A stretch of 64,000 nucleotides of DNA from assembly GCA_010015585.1 (NCBI GenBank), contig ML975150.1. One strand, 5' to 3'. Made by a program: the position numbers and the translations under genes. The DNA is from Eremomyces bilateralis CBS 781.70. Taxonomy: Eukaryota. Each line of letters begins with the position of its first letter. Within the stretch, counting starts at the first letter, position 1. Under the pieces are notes generated by a model that made no database searches, was not told the DNA's origin, and saw only the letters and a list, made by a program, of their open reading frames with translations. Shown here piece after piece: positions 52,494 through 64,000 of the stretch.

Positions 52494-53096
52494 ATGCCAC
52501 CCCCTCCCTCCCCCCAACCCATCTGCGTCCAACGAACCACCACAGCCGACACCTCCCTCACCACCACTTCCACCGTCTCCACTACCTCCACCTCCCCCCT
52601 CCCCACCTCCACCCCTCCTGCCACCGCCCCCTCCCCCTCCCCCTCCTCCCCCACCGACCGCTTCTTCGGTGCCCTCAAATCCCACATCCCCCACCGCTCC
52701 CGCTCCCGCTCCCGCTCCACCGTCCGCCCCTCCCCCAACGACCGACCCCGCACCCGCACCCGCTCACGCTCCCCCTCGCCCGCGGACCCAGTCGTCGATC
52801 ACCGCCGCCACACCATGTCGTCCGCCTCGCCTCGCCCGCAGTCCGACCGTCACGCCTCCAACGCCTCCGCCTCGTCCACCGCCTCGGGGACGTCGATGGC
52901 GCAGCATTCACGCGTGCGGAGCTCCGGGCAGGAGAGTGACTTCGAGCGGTTCTCGTATGGGCGGCATTCGAATGATGTGAGTTGATTCCGAGTTTCTGGG
53001 ATGGTCGGATGTTGACGATATAATCAGTGGCTGTTCGGCGGCTTCAGCGTCCGCGATAAGATCAAGCATGCGTTAGGCCGCAACAATGAGCAATAG
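52494..53096 (+). CDS. Small Ser/Pro/Arg-rich hypothetical protein
   Basis: The ORF is extended by intron 52977..53027 (GTGAGT..TTGAC..CAG), giving C-terminus FSYGRHSND|WLFGGFSVRDKIKHALGRNNEQ*. Confidence 0.7.
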
Positions 53097-54001
53097 TGGT
53101 GGCTCTCGTGACCGGTACTAGTATTGGTCACGGCGCGTGCCTTTTCGCTGTGGCTTGCCATCGCATGGATTGATTTCGCACTGATTGATTTATACGAACC
53201 GGATTCGTGACGAGCGCAACGACACGCCCTCTTAACGGCCGAACATATTTTGCGCTTTCTTCCCTTCCCCGTGGTGCCGGGTCACCGGGTGTTGCCTTCT
53301 TTTATCTGCATCATGAACGGCGATGATTCACGGACTTATTGCATGGGAAGGGAATTGGGAAAATTGATACCATTTTGCTGTTTTTATTATTATCATCATT
53401 GGGGGAACTTTGTTCGGAGAGATCAATTGTCTGCTCCTCGCTGAGGGATGTTCTTGTATACCTACCAGACCGGACGGGATCAGGTTGGGATTGGACCTGA
53501 AAGACTGGAGGGGCTTCTGGTTGAATGGAAGCGGGTGATAATAAGTGAGATATTACCGTAGCAGAGTAGAATGATGCTGCATCAGTCTGTCTATGCTACA
53601 ATCCAAGGAGCTAGCACCCGACCAATAAGTCATGATATCGTGCATCGAGTCAATTAAGAACTTAACATTATTCCATCCCTCCACCATTGTCGTGAATTAT
53701 ATATATGCCACGCATCTATGGCTCAAGTCCTTATCTAACTCTGACATGCTCCCCTCGGCTCTCAATATCAGATCGGGCGGATAAGCTGCCTAATCCGGAA
53801 CTTGTGGCTCTGATCGACTAGACCCTGAACATCAGCGCTCTTGACGACCAAACATACCGGTCTTCGGAAGCATATATAAAGATCCCCATCGTACTTCCAG
53901 CTCCAGCTCCATCCACTTCGTAACCAAGTACTTCTACGTATTATTACCCCTCCCGTAACTCTCTATCATCTGTATCCACCATCTATATCCACCACCCCAC
54001 A

Positions 54002-55686
54002 ATGCCCCCCTCCACCCCATCTCCCCTCCCTACCCCCTCCCCCTCCAAATCCTTCTGGCACTCCGAGCCCTCCTCCTTCCTCCTCGGCCACCGCACCACC
54101 GCAGACCTACCATCATCCGCCGACGTCGTAATCATCGGGTCAGGGATCACCGGTGCGTCGGTCGCGCGGTATCTGAAAGAGGAGGAGGGCGCGGCGGGGT
54201 TGAGCGTCGTGATGCTGGAGGCGCGGGAGGCGTGTTGGGGCGCGACGGGGAGGGTACGTGATGTGGTTTCTTTTGGATGTGGTGATTCGCGATAGTGCGA
54301 GCTCAGTCTGTTTCTGTGTCTGTTGATTTCGTGATATGCCGTTGTTCCGCTCCAGACTCGAGCTCACCATATATCGTTCCATTCGTTGCTCCTACGCGAT
54401 ACATTTCCCACGTACTTCACATCCAGCCACTAACCCCCCCAGAACGGCGGCCACTGCCAACCCATATTTCTCCACCAACCCCCCTCCATCGGTCGCTTCG
54501 AGCTCCGCAACTTCCACTCCGTCGCCACCTACATCTCTACGCACGCCGTCCCGTGCGAATTCCGCCCCCGCCCCTCCGTCCGTGCCCTCCACTCCTCCGC
54601 CCTCCTCGCCCACGCCCGCGCCTCCGTCGCCGACCTGCGCGCTTCCGCACCTGACCTCGCTGAACACCTCGCTGTCGTTACTGATCCGGAGCGCCTGAAG
54701 GACTACAAACTACGGAGCGAGGTGCCCGATGGTGATGAGGCGAAGTGGAATCCCGCGAAGGGCGCGGTGGTGTGCGATATCGCGGGGAGCTTGTGGCCGT
54801 ACAAGCTAGTCGCGCACATCCTCGAGGCGTGCGTGACGGCCGGCCGGCTGAACCTCCAGACCACCACTCCCGTCGAAAAAATCGAGCGGATTGCTGATTC
54901 CGGTGACATGGCAGGGGGGCCGCGGTACCGGGTCATCACGACGCACCGCGGGGCGATCGAGGCGCGGCATGTGGTGCTAGCGACGAATGGGTATACGACG
55001 CATTTGCTGCCGGAGTTGGCGGATTTGATCGTGCCAAGCCGGGGGCAGATGTCGGCGCTGCGAGCGACAGGTGGGGAGCGGTTGGGGAATTCTTATGGGT
55101 TTCTGGGGGTGGGCGATCCGAGAGATAACGACCATCCAGACTATTTGATTCAGCGGCCGGTAGAAGGGGGCGGGCAGATGATGTTGGGGGGTGGATATGC
55201 GGGGGCAACGAGGGAGTATGTGGGAGAGGTGGACGATGGGGTGGTGGATGAGGGGGTGGCGGGGTATTTGACGGGGATGTTGGGGAAGGTGATGACGGTG
55301 GCGGAGGGCCCATTGGAGGCGGAGTATATGTGGACGGGGATTATGGCGTATTCGAGGGATGGGTGTCCGTGGGTGGGGGCGGTGCCAGGGATGGAGGGGG
55401 TGTGGTTGTCAGCGGGGTATACGGGTGAGTGAACTGCATTGGAGGTGAAGATCTTTTGCTAATGGGTATAGGCCATGGGATGCCGAATGCGACGCTCTGT
55501 GGGAAAGCGGTGGTGGATATGCTGTTGGCGAAGGAAAGGGGGTCGTTCGACGAACCGTTCGTGGATACCATGGTGCACGCGGGCGATATCCCACGGCAGT
55601 ATGTCATCTCGGAGGAACGCATAGAGAGAGCTAGGCATCTGCCCAGCGTCGAAGTGCAGAACAAGGAAGGTCGAATTCATGTTTAG
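54002..55686 (+). CDS. FAD-dependent oxidoreductase (DAO family)
   Basis: VVIIGSGITG; LEAREACWGATGR|NGGH; LATNGYT; WTGIMAYSRDG.PWVG; GYTG|HGM. Introns 54254..54442 and 55425..55471. Confidence 0.9.
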
Positions 55687-55718
55687 ACTACAACGATACC
55701 TCATCCTCAGATCAGCCC

Positions 55719-56774
55719 TCACAATCTCCCCTCTCCCTGCGCCGGCACCTCGACAATCTGATCCACGCCTTCATACGGCGGCATATCCAACCCATACTTC
55801 TTCGCTACCTCCTTCGTCAAAAACCTACACAGCCTCAGCAACCTTTCCATTCAGTCATCGGACGTGAAATAAAGCAACTTACCTCCCCCCCACAAAATGC
55901 CTCCCCCTAAACCACTTCACCAACGGCTTCGGCGCCGTCAGTGAAACCAGTGCCCCGGGCTGAAACCCCTTCCCGGGCCCGTCCTCCGGCGGTCCGGTCT
56001 CGATGTTCCACGACGACGGCGCGTCGACCGCCAGCACGGGGACTTTCGTGTCGCGTAGCGCTTCGATCACTTGGGGGAACGGCTCACGGACTTCGCCAGA
56101 GAAGCTGAAGCCTGGAGAGGTAAGTGAGATGGTGGTGAGATGGGGAAACGAAAAAGGGGAGAATACGTACCGAAGATGGCATCGACGACGTGGTCGGCGT
56201 TTTGGAGCGCGGTGGGGAAGTCGGTGGTGAAGGGGATTTGGAGGTCTTGGAGTTGCTTGGTGAGGCGCTGATGGGCTCAGTGGAGGGAGAGGGGGTGTTT
56301 ATGGGCAAGGGGGATACCTGGTATAGCTCCTTCTTGCTCTGCTTCGGGTAGTACATCGTCGGTTGGTATCCGTAGTGCCATAGATGCCTGGCAGCCACAA
56401 GGCCGTCGCCGCCTTTCAGTGGTCATTTCGCATCCTGAGTAGGGATTCTATTGATGCTCACCATTGTTCCCGGGTCCGCATGCCACGAGGATCCGCCTGC
56501 CACGACTTGGTGGCTGGAGCTTGTAAACTATAGGATCAAATTCCGTCAATTCTCAACCGTCAATTCTCCAATTCTCAACCCTCGATTTCACGCGCGGGGT
56601 TGGCATACCTGCCTGTGAGACTGACAGCCCGGCCAGTTCCATCAGTTGATCGATGGAGAATGCTCCCGAGCTCATTAACTCCTGGTCGAGTGCCGCGGCG
56701 TTCTTTGCGGAGAGGGTCTAATTGAAGTTAGGCGTGTTCTATTGTCGTAGAAAGTGACATACTCGGAGGGCCAT
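55719..56774 (-). CDS. NNR1: NAD(P)H-hydrate epimerase (YjeF N-terminal / NAXE)
   Basis: [79 protein letters not shown]. Multi-intron. Confidence 0.92.
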
Positions 56775-57380
56775 TTTAGTTGCCATGCTACATTTGCTTT
56801 CGATAGTTGGTAAATGAAAGTGTCGCTTTTGCGAAGTTGGGATGAGGATAGTATAGCTCCACTCGATGCCATTACATCACCCCTGGTCATCCCAACACCA
56901 TGACCAAACATCGTGACTTCTCTAACTTTTCGCATGCTCTCTTAAACCTCCATTCTCTTTCACTTTCCTCCGGTCCTTTTCCTCTGAAATCAAACAACGC
57001 GGCGAAATTAGCTTGAAGGCATGGCGATTTGAGGAAACCGTCTCATCTCGACGTGCCTGCCGTTAACACGCGGATCGGTTATTAAACATTCCCTCGATTC
57101 CCGTATCCTCGTCTCGTCATGCCCACTACCACATAGACGCAGCCTCGAACGTATATCTGAACTAGTGGAAACATTCGAGGCACCGCCTACTACATGATAT
57201 AAGAGTCATGGAACTAGAGAAATGCACCTGGTATCCCAACACAGATCGAACCTACCCTGCTACGCGAGCCTGCTCTACGATAAAGACCTGAGCCGAGTAA
57301 CCTGCCACGTTTGACAGAACGGCAACTCGTTTAATCACCAATTTCGACTTTATCGTAACCAAACGACATCCTAATCCATC

Positions 57381-58841
57381 ATGGTGGCTCAATCGTCAGG
57401 TGCTCGATTTCAGAATCTTCCATCTGAACTCGTGGAGGACATCGGACGATACCTCCTAGAACCGGTCTCTAATGTGAAACCGGATATATCGCAACACTTT
57501 ATTTTTAAACGGACCCAGCCTATGACCAAGTCGCCAGTACGGTATACTAAGCAAAGCGTCAAAGAGTTTGTTTCCTATCGGGCGGCATGCCAGGATTTCC
57601 GGGACTCAACTTCACGTCTCTTCAGCTATATTGTCGATGATACCGAGTACGCTGTGGACCAGAAGAGCTTGAAGGGCCTTCTCTACGCATCGAGCCACGA
57701 TGGTCTCCGTTCCGGAGTTCGGACGGTCAATATCCGGATCGATTATCAAGAGGTTCTAGATTCTTTCACTCCGGAGGAGCTGAAAAGATACCAGCAGTAC
57801 AACAACCCAGCTAAGAAATCGCGGATGACGCTGCAATCGAGTGCCCTCTCTCGATCCACGGTGCTCTCCCAAGCATTAGCGGCGTTTCCGGATCTCGAGT
57901 CACTCAGACTGTCCATTACAGCCGCGGGCATAAACATGCAAGGCAAACTAACTCCTGAAAGGGAGAGCGTGTTACTCCTGCTTGGGATTGTATGCAGCGT
58001 CATCCGCGATGCGGTCTTGAGCAGCAAGCGCCCATGCATCGCGGAGTCGATCGACGTGGCGATCCAAGAACTCCATCGCGGGATCAGCGAGACCGAAGTC
58101 GAGACGGTCCTCCAATATTTCCCCCTCTCCAAAAAGCCCAACCACCCCTCCAATGTGCGGGCTACCTCCCACCTCCCCTCCCCCAACTGCACCGTCGAGA
58201 CGTTCAACAACGCCTGGGGCATCGTCCACGCGCTCGTCCACAACTATCCGCACATAGGTACCCTCAGCCTCGATCTGGACCTGTTCAACAACCCCAACTC
58301 CAAGCTCGTCAGCACCGCCGGCCACCGTCGCTACCTCGGCTTCGAAGGTCTGCTGAAGCACATGGAGTACTGGCGGCTCTTCCCGAACATCCGCACGCTG
58401 CATCTCGGCGGCATCCAAGCCGGCGCGCTGGATCTCCGGCGGTTCCTGGAGCGCGTGCGCCACGGAGTGACGTCGCTCACCATCTCCCATTCGCGTCTGA
58501 TCGCGGGGGGTTGGAAGTTCCTGTTCGGGTACTTGAGTCAGTGGCAGCTGAAGGAGCTGCATCTCCTTGGCCCGGAGATCATCGGGGAGTACGGGATTCG
58601 ATCGTTGCCGGTGCGGCTGTTCGTGGATGGACGGTGGCGGAACGAGGTGCATTTTTTGGGGCCGCTGGTGTCGGAGCAATGTCTCGCAGTGAAGGTGCTC
58701 TATCCTCCAAAAGACGGGCATTGGATCGAGGATGCGGATGATGGGAGTGGCGGCGTAGATGACGATGAGAATCATGACGAGGACGAGGATGAAGATGAGG
58801 ACGAATATGACAGCGGAGAAGATGAGCACATTGTAGTATGA
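57381..58841 (+). CDS. Hypothetical F-box-like protein with degenerate LRR-like region and acidic tail
   Basis: FQNLPSELVEDIGRYL resembles an F-box start; FPDLESLRL, FPNIRTLHL and LKELHL are LRR-like. 486 aa, intronless. Confidence 0.6.
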   Translation: MVAQSSGARFQNLPSELVEDIGRYLLEPVSNVKPDISQHFIFKRTQPMTKSPVRYTKQSVKEFVSYRAACQDFRDSTSRLFSYIVDDTEYAVDQKSLKGLLYASSHDGLRSGVRTVNIRIDYQEVLDSFTPEELKRYQQYNNPAKKSRMTLQSSALSRSTVLSQALAAFPDLESLRLSITAAGINMQGKLTPERESVLLLLGIVCSVIRDAVLSSKRPCIAESIDVAIQELHRGISETEVETVLQYFPLSKKPNHPSNVRATSHLPSPNCTVETFNNAWGIVHALVHNYPHIGTLSLDLDLFNNPNSKLVSTAGHRRYLGFEGLLKHMEYWRLFPNIRTLHLGGIQAGALDLRRFLERVRHGVTSLTISHSRLIAGGWKFLFGYLSQWQLKELHLLGPEIIGEYGIRSLPVRLFVDGRWRNEVHFLGPLVSEQCLAVKVLYPPKDGHWIEDADDGSGGVDDDENHDEDEDEDEDEYDSGEDEHIVV

Positions 58842-59106
58842 GGACAGTCGGTGAAGCAACTTGGCGGGACCCGTCCCAGCAAGCCATTCCATTGCGGGAC
58901 ACGTTTGTCTCTAGCTTGTGGAGCGAGACTGACAATCCTCTAACACAATCTATGTCATTATCAAAACCGTGAGGGTTCATCTCTAATTAGATGGTTCGTA
59001 TGGCCAACAGGCACATAACTACTATTTTCAAGCGACCAAACCCCAGACACCTATCATAGTCCACATCGTGATCCCACCTCAAACATCTCACAGCGACTAG
59101 CAATCA

Positions 59107-62100
59107 CTACTGCCTCTCCACCCCACCCCCCACCATCCCCACCCCCCCAAGGCTCGGATACTTCCTCTCAAAACTCGCCTCCCAATCCTCCCCGCCCTCC
59201 TCTCCCCTCCCATCCTGGTTCCCCGTCCGCAATGCCTCCGGCTTCGGCGCCACATTCGGCCTCGTCCCTCCCGTCCTCGCCGGCGCCACCGCCGCACTCG
59301 GACCCGCCGACGCAGTGCGCACCGGCACCGGCTTCCGACCGACCATCGGACGCGGTTTCGCATTCGTGGGCGACTGTTCCGCCTGCTTCGTCGCCGAGTC
59401 GTCCGCGAAATGCCCGTATCCCTCCGCCGTACGCACTGTCACCTCCCGCCTACTATCCTCCATGAGGTTCCGCATGCGATTCTGAATCAAATTGCTCTTC
59501 TGCGCCGGCGCCAGCGACGGCGCTGCCGAACTTCTTCGTGTTCCCGCGCCTACGTTTTGCCCTCGATGCGCCAGTCGCTCCCGGTACTCCCGCGCTGCCG
59601 CCTCCACGCGCCTCTCCTCCTGACTCAACCGCCGGCGCTCCAGCTCCCTCCGCACCTCGGGACTCAACTCAATGCTCTCGTCGATGGCGCTCTCGCGATC
59701 CTGTTGATCGCTCGCGGTGGCCTCGCTGCCGGCGATGGGGGTGAGGGACATGCGGGGGAAGCGGTCGGTCGGGTCGGGGCTGAGCGGCGGGGCGGCGAGG
59801 AGGCCGTCGCGGAGGTTGTCTTCTTCGTCGCCGGTACCAGTGGCGGTGTTGGTTTCGAAGCGGCGGAAGGCGTCGCCGAACTTGCCGGCGAGGATGTGCT
59901 TGGTATTGGCGAGGGCGGAGCCGACACCAGGGAGAGAGGAGCGTTTGCGGTCGCGGTCGGTTTCTTTGATGGGATCGTCGCTGCTGCGGCGGCGGCTGGC
60001 GCGGTCTGTTTTGTCGTCGTGCTCTCGGGAGCGGAGGTAGGAGAGGTTATTGGAGATGGTGCTGGGGCGTCGGAGGGCAGTGTCGCGGTCGCCGTGAAGT
60101 TCGAGCGGGCTTTCGTCGTCAGAGCTTCCGACGGCCACGGTGCGGACGACGGCGCTGTCGCCGTGGGGGGTAGGGCCGGCGGTGCGGCTCGGGGTGAGGA
60201 GGTTTTTGGTTTTTGCGGCCCCTCCTTCGCGGTCGCGGAGGAAGTCGAGGTTGTTCTCGACGTAGATGGTGCTTGGTCGCTTTGGTTTTAGGTCGCCTTC
60301 CATGTGGATTTCCATCTCCTCGGTCTCGACGCCCAAGCCCATATCTCGTGCGCTTGGACGCCGCGTTTCTAGGCTCGGGCGGCTGGACGATGATAAGACG
60401 GATGGAACTGTGGCGCTGGTCAGAGTCGTAATCTGACTCTTACTCCGATGGAGTTCTGGTGCTCCCGGACCCTGATCTGGTCGTAATTTCGAGCCCTGGG
60501 TCGGGCGGGGCTGGGAAAGGGCGCGATGCTGTGGAGTTTCAAGAGTTGAGGAACGTGGTACTCTCCATATTGGTTGCTCCGCCGGTTGATTTGGAGATTT
60601 TCGAGAGATGGTCGCGTTACTTGGCGGTGACGGAGGAGATGAATCCGTCCCGACTCCGACCGAGACGTATTGGTGTGGTTTCGACGTCGCGATCGACTCT
60701 GATTTGGTGATCTTCGGTTGTGAAGGGACCGGCGGAGTGGACGGCAATGGTTTCGTTGTGATCGTCGTAGATGGTGTAGGTACAGTTGGTTTCGCGGGCT
60801 TCGCGGGCCGAGCAAATGCGTTGTCCGCAAGTGCCTGAGTCACTCTCTTTTGCAGCATCGCGTCGCCGGGCTTCTCCTTAGGGGAATCTTGACTGAACTG
60901 GAATTTGCCTCCCTGGTCATGTAGGAGAGAGAATTCGTCCAGGGAAGGAAATCTCGAAGAGATGTCCTCTGCAACAGTCGATTTCGTCGGTTGTGGCTTG
61001 GAGTCTAGCGCTGCAAATGGATCGCTACTAACGACGCGAAGGGGGGAAGGGCTCGGGCGGGAAGCAGTCGCAGTTTGGGTGGGAGCGGTTGGTCTGCCTC
61101 GTCGCATTGGCTTGACATCCGGGATGCTCTGGGCCTGTTGCATAGGAGCGACTTTCTGAATACCGACGACGGGTGGCGGAGTGACATCTGGTTCTAGTGA
61201 AGGCAGCTCTTGGTATCGTCGTGCTTCGGATTGTGTGCGACGGGCATATATCTAGTCGGGTTAGAAAACAGTATACAATAGCTCAATCATACTTACGTCT
61301 TTGATCGGAACCTCTGTTCCACGCATCGAGCATACTTCCTTGATCACCTGGTAGATATTGGGCCGTTGGCTCGGATGCTCTCGCAGCATTGAAGCTATAC
61401 GGTCAGAATCGTCCTCACCATTTGACCAGGGAGCTTACCTATGAGCTTCTTTATCCGATCCGAAAACGATGGATACGGAGGGAATTTATATGACGCATTC
61501 AAAATGGCCATCTGTCCTTGCTCCTCAAACGGCGTGGTATAATAGCATAGCTTGTACAATAACACTCCCAAGGCCCAAATATCGCTCTTCTCGTCTATCG
61601 GTTGCTTCCGGTAAACATCCACTATTTCCGGGCTCCGATACTGCATCGTCGTATGCTTCTGCACATCGTCCTCGATCAACCGCCCCTCCTGCGCCGTTTT
61701 CGCCGCAGGTCTCGGCGGCGCGGTGGACCCAAAGTCGCACAGCTTATACGATCGCGACGACCCCGACGTCGAAATCAACACGTTCTCGACCTTCAGATCC
61801 CGATGCAGCAGCGGCGGCTTCAGATAATGCATCGTGGCCACGCCCTCGGCCACGTCGCTGAAGATCTTCAGGATCTCGGGCTCCGTCAACCGATGCTGCA
61901 GGCGCGTGTTCATGAAGTCGATCAGCCCGCCCCCCGCGCAGTACTCCATCAGCAGAAACACCTCGTACCCGCCGCCCTTCAGCTGGCTGGCGTGCGAGTC
62001 GATGTACGTGACGATGTGCGTGTGGCCCTTGAGCTTCTTCATCGTCTCGACCTCAGTGCGCATGTTCGCGAGGGCTTCCTTGTCGGATACGGCGACGCGC

Positions 62101-62336
62101 TTGAGGACCGCGATGTCGTGTTTATTAGGCGCCCCATCGCGCGGTACGCGGACGACGTAGACGTGGGCGAAGCCGCCTTCGGAGAGGTATTTCTCGATGA
62201 TGACGCGGTGGGCGCCGACGTGGACTTTGGTGCCAGAGGAGAAGGTGCCTGGAGGTGCGGAGGCGGTAGAGGTGGGGGGGTAGGGGCGGGAGAAGGTGTG
62301 GGAGGAGGAGTGGGAATGGTGATAGGTGGAGGACAT
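59107..62336 (-). CDS. ARK1: Ark1/Prk1 (NAK family) Ser/Thr kinase
   Basis: LSEGGFAHVY, VLKR, HRDLKVEN, LCDFGS, TTMQYRSPE, KSDIWALG; DPF motif; C-terminal FERKYPSL. Introns 61395..61438 and 61252..61296. Confidence 0.93.
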
Positions 62337-64000
62337 GGTGGATGGAGTGGTGGAGGTGAGATGTCGGCGGAGGAGTTGGAGATGGGGGCAGTCCTGGAGG
62401 AGGAGGCGGGATGGAGGGTTATGATGTGGTGGAAGAGGACACGTAGGATGTAGCCATTCAAAGGAAGGGGAATATACCAACAAATTGTCGCGAATTGGAG
62501 GGTGGAAGGATGGGAATTGGGATCTGAAGGTGTCGGGAAACTGGAAAGTTGAACAGTGACGAACTGACGATGAAGGCGGTGCAGGCGGTGGTCAGAAGCA
62601 GGGGTCCCATGACAGCCATCGTGAGCCTCTATTGACTATTTACCGTAGCAAGGTACCGTATTATCTGGTCAGATATTCGGAGGCTGAAACATCTCAGCAT
62701 CTACTATCTCTCCTTCAATAAACATGATTCAATAATATCCCTTCAAGCAAGTCTCGGAACAGGGATATTTTGGTAACCATCTCTATCAACACCTCAACCC
62801 CGATTCTAGACCGAGAACCGTGTACGAAATAGTCCAGCCTCTATTAGGTAGGATGGTCACTAGGCAGCCCAGTTTCAACATCGCAGATAGAGTGGACAGT
62901 ACGTAGTCCCAGCAGCATCCATTTAAGTATTCCTCTATAGGCCTTCCATAGGCCTTGCATCATTCCGTTATTATAAGATCTTAGGTCTGATTGCCGCCTA
63001 GCCACGCCCACGGCCAATCTGCACCCTCCTGATCAGCTGGATATGAAGGCCAAAGATGAAGACAGGGAAATTGATGTTGAGGACCAGCGGCTTCGATGAG
63101 CAGCATTGCCATTCATAGACGTGGTTCAAGCTATTCGAAAATCCAAGCTAAAAAGACAAACCCTTGCAATACGAAGGATGCAAAGAATCACTGCCGGTAT
63201 GGAGTCCATCGAGACCCCTCGTTTTTGTTGCACTCCAAAATCCATATTCGGCGTGATATTATAGCAACTCAATCCCTGGAATTATCCCAGTGGCTTTGTG
63301 CTCACTGCTCAGAGATATTTAGCCAAAGAACCGTTCTCGATCCAGCCAGCCGATATATCTCCCCTCACCACAGCGTCACACCACCATCCTGTCCGAATTT
63401 CCGAGGTTGAACAGAACCATCGATGTCGACCCGGTTCAAACCGTTGAAATTCGCGTAGGTCGGAATGTACGCGTGGCGATGATCGTCAGCCAAAGGTGAG
63501 TGCGCCGCTGCCACTTCATCCGGGCGGTGGGCGTCTGTCAGGGCCTCAGGGGACGGTTCATGATAGGCCCAATGTGCGAATTGGGTTGAAGGAAGTCGGT
63601 CGCATGGACGAGGAGGGGTAATGTCACATGTTTGTGATACCCACGATAGGTTGGAACTTGGTTCAAGGAGAATCGACGAAGACCAGGCTTGGGGAGGGTT
63701 TGTTAATGGTGGGAAATCTGGGATTGCGTAGGTATAGTACCACTATGGCTGCAGTAGACTCGAAGATTTGATCAAGGCACAGGATTTGGAACCATTGATT
63801 ATAATGAAGGACTGTGAAGTTGGTACAACATATGGCTTGTTTGGGTTGGGACGGGTTTGAGCGAAGTAAGAAATGTAGGTACCTCCGTATCTGATCATAT
63901 TGATATTCAATACTACTTTGGACTGCTAAGTGCTGGAGTGAAGAAAAGCACTTGATGATCTTTGAAGGGTACCTATCCCTGAGGCGTCGAATACCCTTGA

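Overview
Gene-dense eukaryotic DNA from a filamentous ascomycete (Pezizomycotina, inferred from short GT-AG introns with CTRAC/CTAAC branch sites and from the gene content). About 21 intact protein-coding genes and one clear pseudogene can be reconstructed. Most are housekeeping genes: RPL16, MOT1, SLC1, CLU1, NUP82, CBC2, a 4'-phosphopantetheinyl transferase, NNR1, an Ark1/Prk1 kinase, a GH17 glucanase and a FAD oxidoreductase. The less ordinary content is: (i) an SRA/SAD-like + Cys-cluster + AlkB-type dioxygenase fusion, convergent with a small divergent velvet-like gene and surrounded by degenerate minisatellites; (ii) a presequence-less, prokaryote-type ketol-acid reductoisomerase homologue with altered active-site residues, lying near two peroxisome-targeted acyl-CoA ligases (PTS1-like and PTS2); (iii) a His-brace X325/Bim1-like GPI protein; (iv) a triply frameshifted LovD/beta-lactamase-family pseudogene; and (v) a recurring C-rich to G/T-rich skew switch inside genes. 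I found no tRNA, rRNA, CRISPR array, intact transposon or PKS/NRPS. All family calls come from motif recognition by eye; no searches were run.
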